Assembly: GCA_037444405.1 (NCBI GenBank)
Contig: JBBIML010000007.1
Span: 59,606 to 123,605, forward strand
Length of the DNA: 64,000 nucleotides
From: Armatimonadota bacterium
GTDB lineage: Bacteria; Armatimonadota; Fimbriimonadia; Fimbriimonadales; GBS-DC
Reading direction: 5' to 3'
Position numbers and translations under genes: made by a program
Shown here: piece by piece, positions 18,294 to 28,246 of the stretch
How positions within the stretch are numbered: the stretch's first letter is position 1
How the letters are laid out: every line of letters begins with the position of its first letter
The notes under the pieces: generated by a model
What the model was told of the DNA's origin: nothing
The model's input: only the letters and a program-made list of their open reading frames with translations
Database searches by the model: none

Positions 18294-19785
18294 CGTAGCC
18301 GCCTCGCCCGCCGCCCGATGGCGGCTGCTGCTGACCCGCCGGGCGCGGCACGCTCTTGCTCAAACTGTTATCCACATAGATGCCCCAGTTGAAGCGCAGG
18401 CTGTTGCCTGCCCAGTCGCTGGCAATAATAGTGAGCGTGTGGCGTCCGTCGGGCAGAGGCTTCGCCGTGCTGCCGCCACCCGCCTTCAGCTCCGCCGTCA
18501 GCTCCCCTGTGGATGGCTCATACACGAACGCGAGCGGCTCGTCGTTCAGCAGCAATTTGAGCGAGTCGGGATTGATGCCGCTCTGGTCATCGCGCAGGCG
18601 TGCACCGAAGGTCAGCGGCAGCTGACCCGACATCATCTCGCCAATCGCCGGCGTCGTGCGCAGCACCATCGGCGGGATTCGATCGAGCCAGTCGTAGGCG
18701 AAGGCGGTCAGACTGCCATCATCGCTGGCAATCAGCAGCCCCTCCTCCATGAAGACGGGATTGCGGTTAATCGGCAAATAGTAAAGGGGGCGGTTGTTCG
18801 CGTCGCGCGTACCTTCGGGCGGGCGCAGTGTGTAGAGCCAGCGTATCTGCAGATCGGGCAGGGTGTAGACCACTACCGTGCCCCGCACCGTGCTGACCCA
18901 CAGGTCGCCCCTGTGGATAACAGGCGCGACCAGGGGTGGATAGCGCGCCTCAATAGGGGTCTGGTCACCTGCCACGATTCGCCCGTTGTGGTCAAACACA
19001 TAGATGCGGTTCTCGCGCGTGATGACGACCACATAGTTTTCGTCGGCGGCGGGCGCCAGGCGCAGCTCGGTGGTGAATCGGCGTGTCCAGCGTGGCGAGC
19101 CGCTGTTCGGGTTCAGGGCAATCAGCTGGTCATTCGCCGTCACATAGAGGCTGTTACTGGCATAGACGGGCTGAGCGTCATACACAGGGCTGGGCAGATT
19201 GAGCGCCCAGCGGCGGCGACCGCCGCTCGCGGTGATGGCGTGCAGGCTGCCACCGTTCGTGCCGAAGACGATCAGATCGCCCGCCTTGACCAGCCGCCCT
19301 GTGATGTAATCGCCCGCGCGATAGGGTTCCTTCCAGAGCGGCTCCCCACTGCGGGCGTTGATCGCGTACACCTCCCCGCGCCCCGTGCCGATATAGAGCG
19401 TGCCTTCCTCCAGCACGGGGATAGCTGTAGGCGCGCTGTCGGCAGTGAAAATCCAGCGCAGCTTGCCCGTCTCGATATCCAGCGCGTACACATTCCCGTT
19501 GCTGGCGCCGATGTAGACCAGCCCCTCACCCTCCACCGGTTGCCCCTGAAAGGTGGCGTTCAGGGGCGCATCGGCAGGATACTGCCAGCGCAGGGTGCCA
19601 TCCGCCCGATTAACGGCATAGAGACGATTGAGGCACGGATAGTAGATGGTGCGACTGCCCACGCCCGGCACCGCAGGGTTATTGCGGGCAGGATTGCCGA
19701 AAAACTGCCAGGTCACCGTGGGCACCTGTGCCGCCGCCATCAGCCAGAGCCATCCGCCCAGTAAGCATAGCGTCCATCGGTTCAT
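18256..19785 (-). CDS. Secreted PQQ-type beta-propeller (BamB-like) protein with C-terminal Ig-like domain and Gly-rich tail
   Basis: Repeated YA-x-x-x-x-x-G-x-x-x-W blades; DGRHTLTIIASDWAGN. Confidence 0.8.
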   Translation of the reverse strand: MNRWTLCLLGGWLWLMAAAQVPTVTWQFFGNPARNNPAVPGVGSRTIYYPCLNRLYAVNRADGTLRWQYPADAPLNATFQGQPVEGEGLVYIGASNGNVYALDIETGKLRWIFTADSAPTAIPVLEEGTLYIGTGRGEVYAINARSGEPLWKEPYRAGDYITGRLVKAGDLIVFGTNGGSLHAITASGGRRRWALNLPSPVYDAQPVYASNSLYVTANDQLIALNPNSGSPRWTRRFTTELRLAPAADENYVVVITRENRIYVFDHNGRIVAGDQTPIEARYPPLVAPVIHRGDLWVSTVRGTVVVYTLPDLQIRWLYTLRPPEGTRDANNRPLYYLPINRNPVFMEEGLLIASDDGSLTAFAYDWLDRIPPMVLRTTPAIGEMMSGQLPLTFGARLRDDQSGINPDSLKLLLNDEPLAFVYEPSTGELTAELKAGGGSTAKPLPDGRHTLTIIASDWAGNSLRFNWGIYVDNSLSKSVPRPAGQQQPPSGGGRGGYGGGRGGYGGGGQ

Positions 19786-19832
19786 GCTTGCCTCCAAACA
19801 CCTCTGTTTAGACGCCGGATGCGCATCTCCTG

Positions 19833-20174
19833 CTACAGGCTGAACGAAGTGCCGCATCCGCACTGCCGCTTCGCGTTCGGGTTATTGAATCGGAACCCGC
19901 TACCGATGAGCTCACCCGTGTAGTCGATGGTGGTTCCCTGCAGGATGCGCGCGCTCCGGGGGTCGATCAGGATGCGCAGACCGTCTATTTCGAACTGCAG
20001 GTCGTTCGGGCGCGGCGCATCTTCAGGCTGCATCACATACTCCAGCCCGGAGCAGCCGCCCGCGCGCACGCCAATACGCAGGTAGGCATCAGGCTTGCCC
20101 CGCCGTGCCAGCAGCTGCTTGATCCGTGCCACCGCCCGCGCCGTGATCTCCACCGGCATCGCTGTCTGTTGCAT
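19833..20174 (-). CDS. iscA: Fe-S cluster assembly accessory protein (IscA/HesB)
   Basis: GGCSG and NPNAKRQCGCGTSF motifs. Confidence 0.93.
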   Translation of the reverse strand: MQQTAMPVEITARAVARIKQLLARRGKPDAYLRIGVRAGGCSGLEYVMQPEDAPRPNDLQFEIDGLRILIDPRSARILQGTTIDYTGELIGSGFRFNNPNAKRQCGCGTSFSL

Positions 20175-20322
20175 CGTTAAGATTATACCTGACTGGCTCC
20201 TTGCCGATTCTGGGAGCGAGTGCGGTCCTGTCCAGATTCCTCACCCAGAACATCAAGCCAGTCCCTCACCCATAAATCGGCAGGTTCATCGATGGGGGCG
20301 CGGTCACGCCTGCACAGGGCAG

Positions 20323-20396
20323 AAAACAAAAAAAAGCGGGACAGGCAGGTGATGAGGCTGCCTGTCCCCGGATAAATGGAGGTCTTGATGCGAAAC
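20323..20396 (-). ncRNA. Candidate small RNA with own -10 box and intrinsic terminator
   Basis: GGTATAAT at 20403-20410; GGGACAGGCAG/CTGCCTGTCCC stem followed by T8; unpaired GACCUCCAU. Confidence 0.45.
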
Positions 20397-20445
20397 ATGA
20401 TTATTATACCCCGTCTTCGGGGCGATTCCTGCTTCTTGCGGAGAT

Positions 20446-21690
20446 TCAGCGGCGCGATTCGCGGCTGACATGCGGACGCGAGCGCAGAACCACCAGGCTG
20501 ATGAGGGCGCCGAGCGTGAGCATGAGGGCGCAACCGATGAAGGGCACGCGCCGCGAGGGGATCACCATCTCGCCCAGTCGCAGGTCCAGGTGTTCATACA
20601 GGACGCCGCCGAGCAGGGCGCCCAGAATGCTGCCGATGCCCTGCGCGGTGCCCGCCGCACCCAGAATCACACCCCGCCGTTCGGGATAGACCTCGCTCAG
20701 CTCCGCCATCCATGCTGCCAGCGCCAGCACGAAGCTGAGCGCGCCCGCGCCCGCCGCCAGCAACACCAGCAGCAGGTTCGGTTGTGCAGGCAACACCACC
20801 AGCCACATCACCAGCGCGCCGCCTGCCAGACCCAGCTGCACCGAACGCCCATGCCCAATCCGATCCGACCAGCGCCCAATCGGCACACTCAGCGCCCCAA
20901 TCAGCAGCGCGGGGAACACCAGCCCCAGCCCGAATACCGTTTCGCTGACACGGAACTCCTCCATCGCGTAGAGCTTGACCAGCAGCATAATCAGCCCGAT
21001 GCCGAAGAAGACCACGAACGCCAGCAGGAGATGCCCAGGCACCAGACGCACCGCGCTCAGGAACGCCCGCAGCGACACCTCGCTTCGATGCGCTTCATCG
21101 GGATGGTGGCTGCCGCGCCCGTCGCAGGGATAGAACCGCCAGAGAATGAACGCGGCGACCGCAAACAGCGCCGCGACCAAATAGAACGAGGCGGTTTTAC
21201 TGCCCGTGAGGTCGTTTGCCAGCCCGCCCGCCAGCGGACCGAGCGCGACGCCCGACATGTAGGTCATATTCAAAAAGCTCATCGCCCACGAGCGGCGCTC
21301 CGGGGGCACAGTGTCGCCAATCGCGGCGTAGGCAGCGGGCCAGAGCATCGCCGCGCCCAGCCCGTCCAGCCCGCGCAACATCAGAAACCACACGGGATGC
21401 TTCACCCACACCGTGCAGAGCGCGGTGCAGGTCGTGATCAGCGGTCCGACAAGCATCAGGCGGCGGCGCCCGAACCGATCGCTGAGCATGCCCATCGGCG
21501 CCCGAAAGAGCGCCTCCGTCAATAAAAAGATCGAGCCGACCGCCGTCACGGTCGACTCGCCCAGCCCGATGGTGTAGCGCAGGTAGACGGGCATCGCCGA
21601 GATGTTGAGCGTGACATAGCCCAGCTCGGCGCAGCCCGCCATCAGCACCAGCGCCCAGAACGCCCGCATCCGCCGCGCGTCGTCACTCAC
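20446..21690 (-). CDS. MFS transporter
   Basis: GMLSDRFGRRR motif A; about 12 hydrophobic segments. Confidence 0.92.
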   Translation of the reverse strand: MSDDARRMRAFWALVLMAGCAELGYVTLNISAMPVYLRYTIGLGESTVTAVGSIFLLTEALFRAPMGMLSDRFGRRRLMLVGPLITTCTALCTVWVKHPVWFLMLRGLDGLGAAMLWPAAYAAIGDTVPPERRSWAMSFLNMTYMSGVALGPLAGGLANDLTGSKTASFYLVAALFAVAAFILWRFYPCDGRGSHHPDEAHRSEVSLRAFLSAVRLVPGHLLLAFVVFFGIGLIMLLVKLYAMEEFRVSETVFGLGLVFPALLIGALSVPIGRWSDRIGHGRSVQLGLAGGALVMWLVVLPAQPNLLLVLLAAGAGALSFVLALAAWMAELSEVYPERRGVILGAAGTAQGIGSILGALLGGVLYEHLDLRLGEMVIPSRRVPFIGCALMLTLGALISLVVLRSRPHVSRESRR

Positions 21691-22769
21691 CCATCGTCCC
21701 TCAGGTCCGTATCGATGGCGACCTCGTGCCCCGTCTCCGACGATTGATAGATGGCGTCCAGTATCGCGTTCAGAATGAACCCGTGTTCGCCCGGCACAGG
21801 CGACGGCTTGCCATGCTCAACGGCATCGATGAACGCCTCAATCTCGGCGTGATACGAGTTGATGCTCGGCAGGTGCGCAGGCTCGATATTGTAGAGCGTG
21901 CGGTTATGTTCGGTGAAGATTTTCACCGGCGGCTGACCAATCGGATTGGCGAACACGCCGCCCCGATCGCCCAGGATCAGCGTGTTGAACTCGTCGCCCT
22001 CAATATTGGCGCAGAAGCTCGATTCGAGGGTGAGCGTCGCGCCGTTTTCGAAGCGGATAAGCCCAACCGCGAAATCTTCGACGGTGAACTTTTTCGGGTC
22101 CCACTGCCCCATCAGCCCCATCACATCGTCGCGATGACCGAACTTGGTGTAGGTCGCGCCGAACGCCGACACGGGGCGCGGGTAGCCCATCAGCCACAGC
22201 GTCGCATCCAGAATATGCACGCCGATATCGATCAGCGGACCACCGCCCTGCTTCTCTTTATCGATGAACACGCCCCAGCCGGGAATGCCGCGCCGACGCA
22301 GGGCGTGCGCCCGCGCATAGTAAATCTCGCCCAGATGGCCCTCCTGCTGAATGTATTTGTACAGGAACTGCGCGACGCCCGTGAAGCGCCACTGGAGCGC
22401 GACCTGCAGGATTTTGCCCGTGCGCCGCGCCGTTAGCACCATTTCGCGCGCCTCGTGCGCGTTGCGGGCTAACGGCTTCTCGCACAGCACATGCTTGCCC
22501 GCCTCCAGCGCGGCAATCGTCACCTCCTTATGCAAATAGTTGGGCGTGCAGACGCTGACCGCCTGAATATCGTCGCGCTGAAGCAGCTCGCGATAGTCGG
22601 TGTACACATAGGGCACGTTGAACTTGGCAGCGGCAGCCTGCGCGTTCTGCTCGTTAATGTCCGCCACCGCGACAATCTGGACTCGATCGCCCAATCGCGC
22701 ATAGCCCGGCATATGCTGGGACTGCGCAATACCACCGGAACCGATAATGCCCACGCCTATCTTGCCCAA
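21687..22769 (-). CDS. Gfo/Idh/MocA family oxidoreductase
   Basis: GIIGSGGIA, HVLCEKP and GGGPLIDIGVH; TTG start with AGGAG RBS. Confidence 0.92.
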   Translation of the reverse strand: MGKIGVGIIGSGGIAQSQHMPGYARLGDRVQIVAVADINEQNAQAAAAKFNVPYVYTDYRELLQRDDIQAVSVCTPNYLHKEVTIAALEAGKHVLCEKPLARNAHEAREMVLTARRTGKILQVALQWRFTGVAQFLYKYIQQEGHLGEIYYARAHALRRRGIPGWGVFIDKEKQGGGPLIDIGVHILDATLWLMGYPRPVSAFGATYTKFGHRDDVMGLMGQWDPKKFTVEDFAVGLIRFENGATLTLESSFCANIEGDEFNTLILGDRGGVFANPIGQPPVKIFTEHNRTLYNIEPAHLPSINSYHAEIEAFIDAVEHGKPSPVPGEHGFILNAILDAIYQSSETGHEVAIDTDLRDDG

Positions 22770-22825
22770 TTTATCTCCTCCTTGACCTGAATAGCGTTGC
22801 CAATGCAGTATACCCGCTCTCCTGC

Positions 22826-25243
22826 TCACAAAGCGCGCTCCTTGAGTGATGCCACCAGATCAATGCGCGCGAGGATTCGGAGCGCGGGCAACTGCGCCAG
22901 CAGACCGATCAGCCAGCCGCCCAGCCCCGCCATCAGGTAGGTATGCGGATAGATATGGGCGCGAAACGCAATCAGCTCCATCTGTTCGGGCGAGGCGACA
23001 ATCGCGATAAAGAGCGCGACCATCCCCCGCCCAAAGAGCAGTCCAAGAAGCGTGCCAAGCGTCAGGAACAAGATATTTTCCGCCATGATCAGACCGTGCG
23101 CCTGCTGACGGCTAAAACCGATGGTTAACAGAGTTGCCACCTCGTTCCGTCGCTCCAGCACGCTGACCGTCACAATGCTCACAATCACGCTGAACGCCAG
23201 CACCAGCCCAAACGCCATCATAAACGCGAGGAACCGACGGGCGATGGCATTCAACGCCTCCATGCGGGCGACCAGATCGTCGCGCACCGCCACCGCGCCC
23301 ACCTCAGGCAGTCGCTCCAGCCGCTGAATCACCTCCTGCCGATATTCTGGCGCAACCCAGACGCGCAGGCTGTTGATAGCGTCGGGCGGTAGCAGGAGTT
23401 CACGGCGGAACAGCTGGCGCACGCGCGAGCGCGGCATGTAGACCATCGTGCCGATGGTCTCCCAGACCAGCCCTGTGACGCGCACCGGATGCTCGCGCGT
23501 GTCTTCATCGCTGAACTCGGCGGGCAGACTCAGCGCCACGCTATCGCCCACCTCAAGCCCGAGTTTTTGTTGAACGACCTGCCCGCAGAGGAAGCCGTTC
23601 GCAGTCAGCGCCACAGGCTCGCCCTGCTCGTTATGGAGTTGCAGATTGGGACTGTCTGGCTCCACGCCTTTCAGCAGGGCATCATATTCCTGCGTGCCGC
23701 GCCGTAAGCGAACGGGCAACTCCAGTGTGCCTTCCACCCTCAGCACGCCCCGCCAGTTTCGCACCTGTTCCACAACGCCCGAATCCTGAAAATGGGTGAA
23801 GCCCACCCGCAAATCCTCGCTCAGCGCCTGGTTCAGGTACTGCGCAATCACCGTTTCGCGCGAATCGATAATTCCGCGCGCCAGCATCGCCAGCATGACA
23901 CCGATGGCAGTGCCGAAGATACCCACCACGGTTCGTCGCGGGGCGCGGGTCAGATTGCGCACGGGCAATCGGTAGAGCAGGCGGGCGCGGTGCAGGAAGG
24001 GTATCCAGCGATCAAGCATCAGCGTGCGTCCCATCAGCGGCGCGGGTGGACGCAGCGCCTGCGCGGGCGGAATGCACGACGCCTGCCATGCCGGCAGAAT
24101 GCCCCCTGCAAAGGTCGCGCCCAGCGCCAGCAACAAACCCACAATCGCTGGTGTAATCGGTGGCTCCACGCGCTCCACAGGCAACGCCAGAAAGCCCATA
24201 TAGCCGCGTGAGAGCCAGCCCGAAAGCCCGACGCCCGCGCCGACGCCCATCAGCCCGCCCATTAACCCCGGCACCAGCGCCATGCTCAGATAGTGCCACA
24301 GCACCTGCAGTCGTGTATAGCCGAGCGCGTGCAGTAAGCCAATAATCTGCCGCTGCTGGAGCACCATCCGCATCTGCAGAGTGTAGAGCGTCAGAATGCT
24401 CACACTCAAAAAGAGCATCGGGAACAGCACCGAGTAGGTACGCAGGATTCGGGTGGCGCTTTCCAGCAGGTAGTAGCTGGGCTGGTCTTCGCGCATCACG
24501 GGCTTCTCCGCGCCATAGGCACGCAGCAGATGCTCCACCGCGCGGGCAACCAGCTCCCGATTGAAACCGGGCTGCACTGCCACCCGCACCTCGTTAATCT
24601 GCTCGCTCTGACCCGTGATTTCGCCCACCACCTCCAGCGGGGCGAACATCACGCCGAACACATCTTCGGAGGGGAGAACCTGCTGCTTGCTCTGGACCAC
24701 ATAGATATATTCGGGACTTCGCACCAGCCCGGCAATCGTGAAGCGCACGCGCTCCCCACGCCACAGCACCGTGAGGGTGTCGTGCGGGCGCAGGCGATGA
24801 TAGCTGGCGAACTTGCTCTCCAGTAGGATGGCACGGTCGCGTCCGCCGCGCAGGAACCGCCCCTCCATTAGGCGCAGCTGGTTCACCTGCAGCGGGTGGC
24901 GCGTCTCGATGCCGATCAGTCGCCCCATTAAGCGGTGCGGATTTCGGGAGCCGACCTCTATTGCGACGGTCTCCACCAGCCGCCCCTCCACGCCCGCCAC
25001 GCCCGGCAGCTGCCGAATGCGAGCCACCACCGTGCGCGGCGCGGAACGAACCTGTATCCCGAAATCCTCCAGACGGTAGCGTGCGTAAGATGCCGTGTAG
25101 GAAAGATACATATCCCGATAGAGACTGCTGGCTACCGCAAACAGCATCACGCCCAGCATGACCATCGTGGCAATCGCGCCGTAGAGCCAGCGCATCTGCC
25201 ACATCTCACGCCGAATCTTGCGCCAGAGAACGCCCCCTACCAT
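22826..25243 (-). CDS. ABC transporter permease (tandem FtsX/MacB-like)
   Basis: Two MacB-PCD/FtsX halves (IGLLHALGY, ERRNEVATLLTIG). Confidence 0.88.
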   Translation of the reverse strand: MVGGVLWRKIRREMWQMRWLYGAIATMVMLGVMLFAVASSLYRDMYLSYTASYARYRLEDFGIQVRSAPRTVVARIRQLPGVAGVEGRLVETVAIEVGSRNPHRLMGRLIGIETRHPLQVNQLRLMEGRFLRGGRDRAILLESKFASYHRLRPHDTLTVLWRGERVRFTIAGLVRSPEYIYVVQSKQQVLPSEDVFGVMFAPLEVVGEITGQSEQINEVRVAVQPGFNRELVARAVEHLLRAYGAEKPVMREDQPSYYLLESATRILRTYSVLFPMLFLSVSILTLYTLQMRMVLQQRQIIGLLHALGYTRLQVLWHYLSMALVPGLMGGLMGVGAGVGLSGWLSRGYMGFLALPVERVEPPITPAIVGLLLALGATFAGGILPAWQASCIPPAQALRPPAPLMGRTLMLDRWIPFLHRARLLYRLPVRNLTRAPRRTVVGIFGTAIGVMLAMLARGIIDSRETVIAQYLNQALSEDLRVGFTHFQDSGVVEQVRNWRGVLRVEGTLELPVRLRRGTQEYDALLKGVEPDSPNLQLHNEQGEPVALTANGFLCGQVVQQKLGLEVGDSVALSLPAEFSDEDTREHPVRVTGLVWETIGTMVYMPRSRVRQLFRRELLLPPDAINSLRVWVAPEYRQEVIQRLERLPEVGAVAVRDDLVARMEALNAIARRFLAFMMAFGLVLAFSVIVSIVTVSVLERRNEVATLLTIGFSRQQAHGLIMAENILFLTLGTLLGLLFGRGMVALFIAIVASPEQMELIAFRAHIYPHTYLMAGLGGWLIGLLAQLPALRILARIDLVASLKERAL

Positions 25244-25947
25244 TCCAGACTCTCTACCTCCGCGGGCTGTGGCGGGTAGACCTCGCTCTCTACTTGCCCA
25301 TCACGCAGTCGGATCACATGGTCGGCAATCTCCGCAATCGCCGAGTTGTGGGTTACCAGCACGATGGTCTGCCCCTCATGGCGATTGAGGGTGCGCAACA
25401 GCGTCAGGATTCGCTTACCCGTTGCGGAGTCCAGCTCGCCCGTCGGCTCGTCGCACAGCAGGATGGGCGGTCGCGTCACGAGCGCGCGGGCAATCGCGAC
25501 GCGCTGCTGTTCACCGCCGCTCAGCTCGCCCGGAAAGTGATTGACGCGCTCATAAAGCCCGACGGCGTGCAGCAGCTCGTCCACAGGGCGAGGATTGGCG
25601 ACCAGCTCCGCTGCCAGCTCGATATTCTCCCGTGCGGTAAGCGTCGGCACCAGATTGAAAAACTGGAACACGAAGCCGATTTTATGGCGGCGGTAGGCGC
25701 TCAACTGCGCCTCGTTGTAGCGGCTGATGTCTTCGCCGTCCACAATTACGCTCCCAGCCGTTGGAGTATCCAGCCCTCCGATCAGGTTCAGCAGGGTGCT
25801 TTTGCCGCATCCGCTGGGTCCCAGCACCACCGCGAACTCGCCCCGCGCAATCTGCAGGTTGACCCGATTCAGGGCACGCACTTCGAATCGGTCGCGCCGA
25901 TAAATCTTGCTGACTTCCCGCAGCTCAATCAGTGGTTTCTGGCTCAT
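25237..25947 (-). CDS. ABC transporter ATP-binding protein (LolD/MacB-type)
   Basis: GPSGCGKST, LSGGEQQRVAIARA and DEPTG. Confidence 0.95.
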   Translation of the reverse strand: MSQKPLIELREVSKIYRRDRFEVRALNRVNLQIARGEFAVVLGPSGCGKSTLLNLIGGLDTPTAGSVIVDGEDISRYNEAQLSAYRRHKIGFVFQFFNLVPTLTARENIELAAELVANPRPVDELLHAVGLYERVNHFPGELSGGEQQRVAIARALVTRPPILLCDEPTGELDSATGKRILTLLRTLNRHEGQTIVLVTHNSAIAEIADHVIRLRDGQVESEVYPPQPAEVESLEW

Positions 25948-27368
25948 CGTTGGCGGATTCGCACGCGCTCCCCTTCGGCGAGACCCTCTTTGTGAGCCAC
26001 CACGACCAGCTCGCCTTCGCGCAGTCCCTCCGTGATTTCAGTGTATTTATAGGTGAAGTAGCCCGTGCGCACCGTGCGTTTCCGAACGATACCATTCTGC
26101 ACGACCCACACCCAGCTGTGGTCTGGCTCCTCGTGAACGGCGTCGCTGGGCACCAGCAGGGTTGTGCTGCCCAGTTGCCCCTCGCCTTCAACGGTGATCT
26201 CCATATCGGGGCGCAGCTCCGCGGGAGGGTTCACCATCTCGACGCGGAGGCGCAGGATGCGCACGCGCAGGGCGGAGTCGGGCTTGCGTTCGAAAGCGGG
26301 CATAATCTGGGTGATGCGTCCCTGCCAGTGGCGTCCGGGCAGGGCGGGCGCGCTGACCTGCACGGGATCGCCCACGCGCACTTTGCCCGCGTCTTCCTGC
26401 GCCACTTCCGCTTCGCCCCACAGAGCGCGACGATCCACCAGCACCATCACGGGCATGCCGGGCGCGACGCTTTCGCCCGGTTCCACCTCACATCGGTTGA
26501 CCCATGCGGAGCGGGGCGCTACGAGTGTGCGCAGTTTGCGCTGACTGCGCGCCTGTTGAAGCATGGCGTGCGCCTCGCGCACGGCGGCGCGTGCGCTCTG
26601 CAGGCGCGCCTGCAACACTTTCAGGTTGCCCTGCTGGCTCCGCGCCAGTTCCAGCGCGGCCTGTGCTGATTCCAGCCGTGCCTGCGCCGCGGCGCGCTCT
26701 TCGGGGCGGGCGCCGTGCTGAACCTGCTGGAGAGTTGCCTGTGCCTCGCGCAGTTGGGCTGCTGCCACTTCATATTCCTGAAGGGCGCGTTCGTACTCCA
26801 GTCGTGCGATGGCTCCCTGCTCATAGAGGGCACGGGCGCGTTGCCAGTTACGTTCTGCCAGTTCATAGCGTGCCTCCGCCGCGCGCACCGCCTGCCTGGC
26901 ACGCTCGATCTCTTCGGGGCGGGCGCCACGCTCAATCAGCTGAAGGTTCGCCTTTGCCTCCTGCAACACGGCTTCCGCCTGACGAATGCGGGCGCGGGTT
27001 TCCTGCTGCGCCTGCTCGTAAGCGCGCTCTGCTTCCTCCAGCGCGGCGCGTGCGGCGGCATAACGTGCCGATGCCGCCTGCACCGCGTCCGCTATATCTT
27101 GCTCCCAGAATCGCACCAGCGGCTGACCCGCCTGCACCCGCTCACCCTCCCGCACCAGCACCGCCACGACCTGCGCTGTGAAGGGCACCGAGAGAGTCAC
27201 CTGCCAGCCTCGCACGATGCCCTCGGCACTGTAGGGCACACGCAGCTCACCGCGTGTCGCCGCCGCGACCACCACCTCGGTCGGCGCACGCCCCCCGCGA
27301 AGCCAGAAGGTCAGCAGCAGCCCCATCACACCCGCAGCGAGAATCAGACCCAACCATCGCCGCCCCAT
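25944..27368 (-). CDS. HlyD/MacA-family periplasmic adaptor
   Basis: Lipoyl-like halves (VREGERVQAGQPL), long coiled coil, GLREGELVV terminus. Confidence 0.9.
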   Translation of the reverse strand: MGRRWLGLILAAGVMGLLLTFWLRGGRAPTEVVVAAATRGELRVPYSAEGIVRGWQVTLSVPFTAQVVAVLVREGERVQAGQPLVRFWEQDIADAVQAASARYAAARAALEEAERAYEQAQQETRARIRQAEAVLQEAKANLQLIERGARPEEIERARQAVRAAEARYELAERNWQRARALYEQGAIARLEYERALQEYEVAAAQLREAQATLQQVQHGARPEERAAAQARLESAQAALELARSQQGNLKVLQARLQSARAAVREAHAMLQQARSQRKLRTLVAPRSAWVNRCEVEPGESVAPGMPVMVLVDRRALWGEAEVAQEDAGKVRVGDPVQVSAPALPGRHWQGRITQIMPAFERKPDSALRVRILRLRVEMVNPPAELRPDMEITVEGEGQLGSTTLLVPSDAVHEEPDHSWVWVVQNGIVRKRTVRTGYFTYKYTEITEGLREGELVVVAHKEGLAEGERVRIRQR

Positions 27369-27442
27369 CGCTCACCATCCGTTAGGATACCTGCCAGTTC
27401 CCAATCCCCCTTTCCCCATCGGGCAGGGTGCAGGAGAGTGCC

Positions 27443-28165
27443 TCACAGAATCCCCTCTGGCGGAAGAATGACAATCTCGTCGATGCTGGCGTCGGGTGGC
27501 GTGGCGAGAATCTCCACCACAATCCGGGCGACGGTCTCAGGGCGAATCATGCGCTCGCGCTCGGGCGCGGTCGGGAACGCATCCCACAGCACGGTGTCCA
27601 CTGCGCCCGGCAACACCGCCGTGACCCGAATGCCACGCTTGCGCACCTCTTTGGCGAGAATGCGCGTGAACATCAGCCCAGCGGCTTTGGCGCAGCTGTA
27701 CGCGCTCAAGCCTGTGAAGGCGCGACTGGCAGCAATCGTGAGCATGTTCACAATCTGTCCATGACCCTGCTCCAGCATAATCGGCAGCGTGAAGCGCGTG
27801 GTCAGGTACAGCCCCTTCAGGTTGCTCTCCACCACCTGCCACCACTCGGCAGGATCGCTCTGCTCGATGAGTCCTGCCCGCGCCGAGCCAGCGTTATTGA
27901 TCAGGATATCGATGCGCCCGCTGAGCTGGCGCGTGCGCTCAATCGCCGCGCGAATGGCTGGCTCGTCGGCGACATCGGCAACGCAGTAAAACGCCCTGCC
28001 GCCCTCCGCCTCAATCTGACCCGCAACCTGCTGAAGCTGGCTCTCGGTGCGGGCGACGAGCATCACCTGAGCGCCCTGTCGCGTTAGCAGGCGGGCAATG
28101 CATGCGCCAATACCCCGCCCGCCGCCTGTGATCAGCGCGACCTGACCCGCAAACCTCTGTTCCAT
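27443..28165 (-). CDS. SDR-family oxidoreductase
   Basis: TGGGRGIG, NNAG and YSCAK motifs. Confidence 0.92.
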   Translation of the reverse strand: MEQRFAGQVALITGGGRGIGACIARLLTRQGAQVMLVARTESQLQQVAGQIEAEGGRAFYCVADVADEPAIRAAIERTRQLSGRIDILINNAGSARAGLIEQSDPAEWWQVVESNLKGLYLTTRFTLPIMLEQGHGQIVNMLTIAASRAFTGLSAYSCAKAAGLMFTRILAKEVRKRGIRVTAVLPGAVDTVLWDAFPTAPERERMIRPETVARIVVEILATPPDASIDEIVILPPEGIL

Positions 28166-28246
28166 CGGCACATCCCTCCGGGGCGGGTAGTTCACCGCCA
28201 GTGCGCCCCTTCCTGTCAGCAGGCAGGTACAATTCTCGACGGCACG

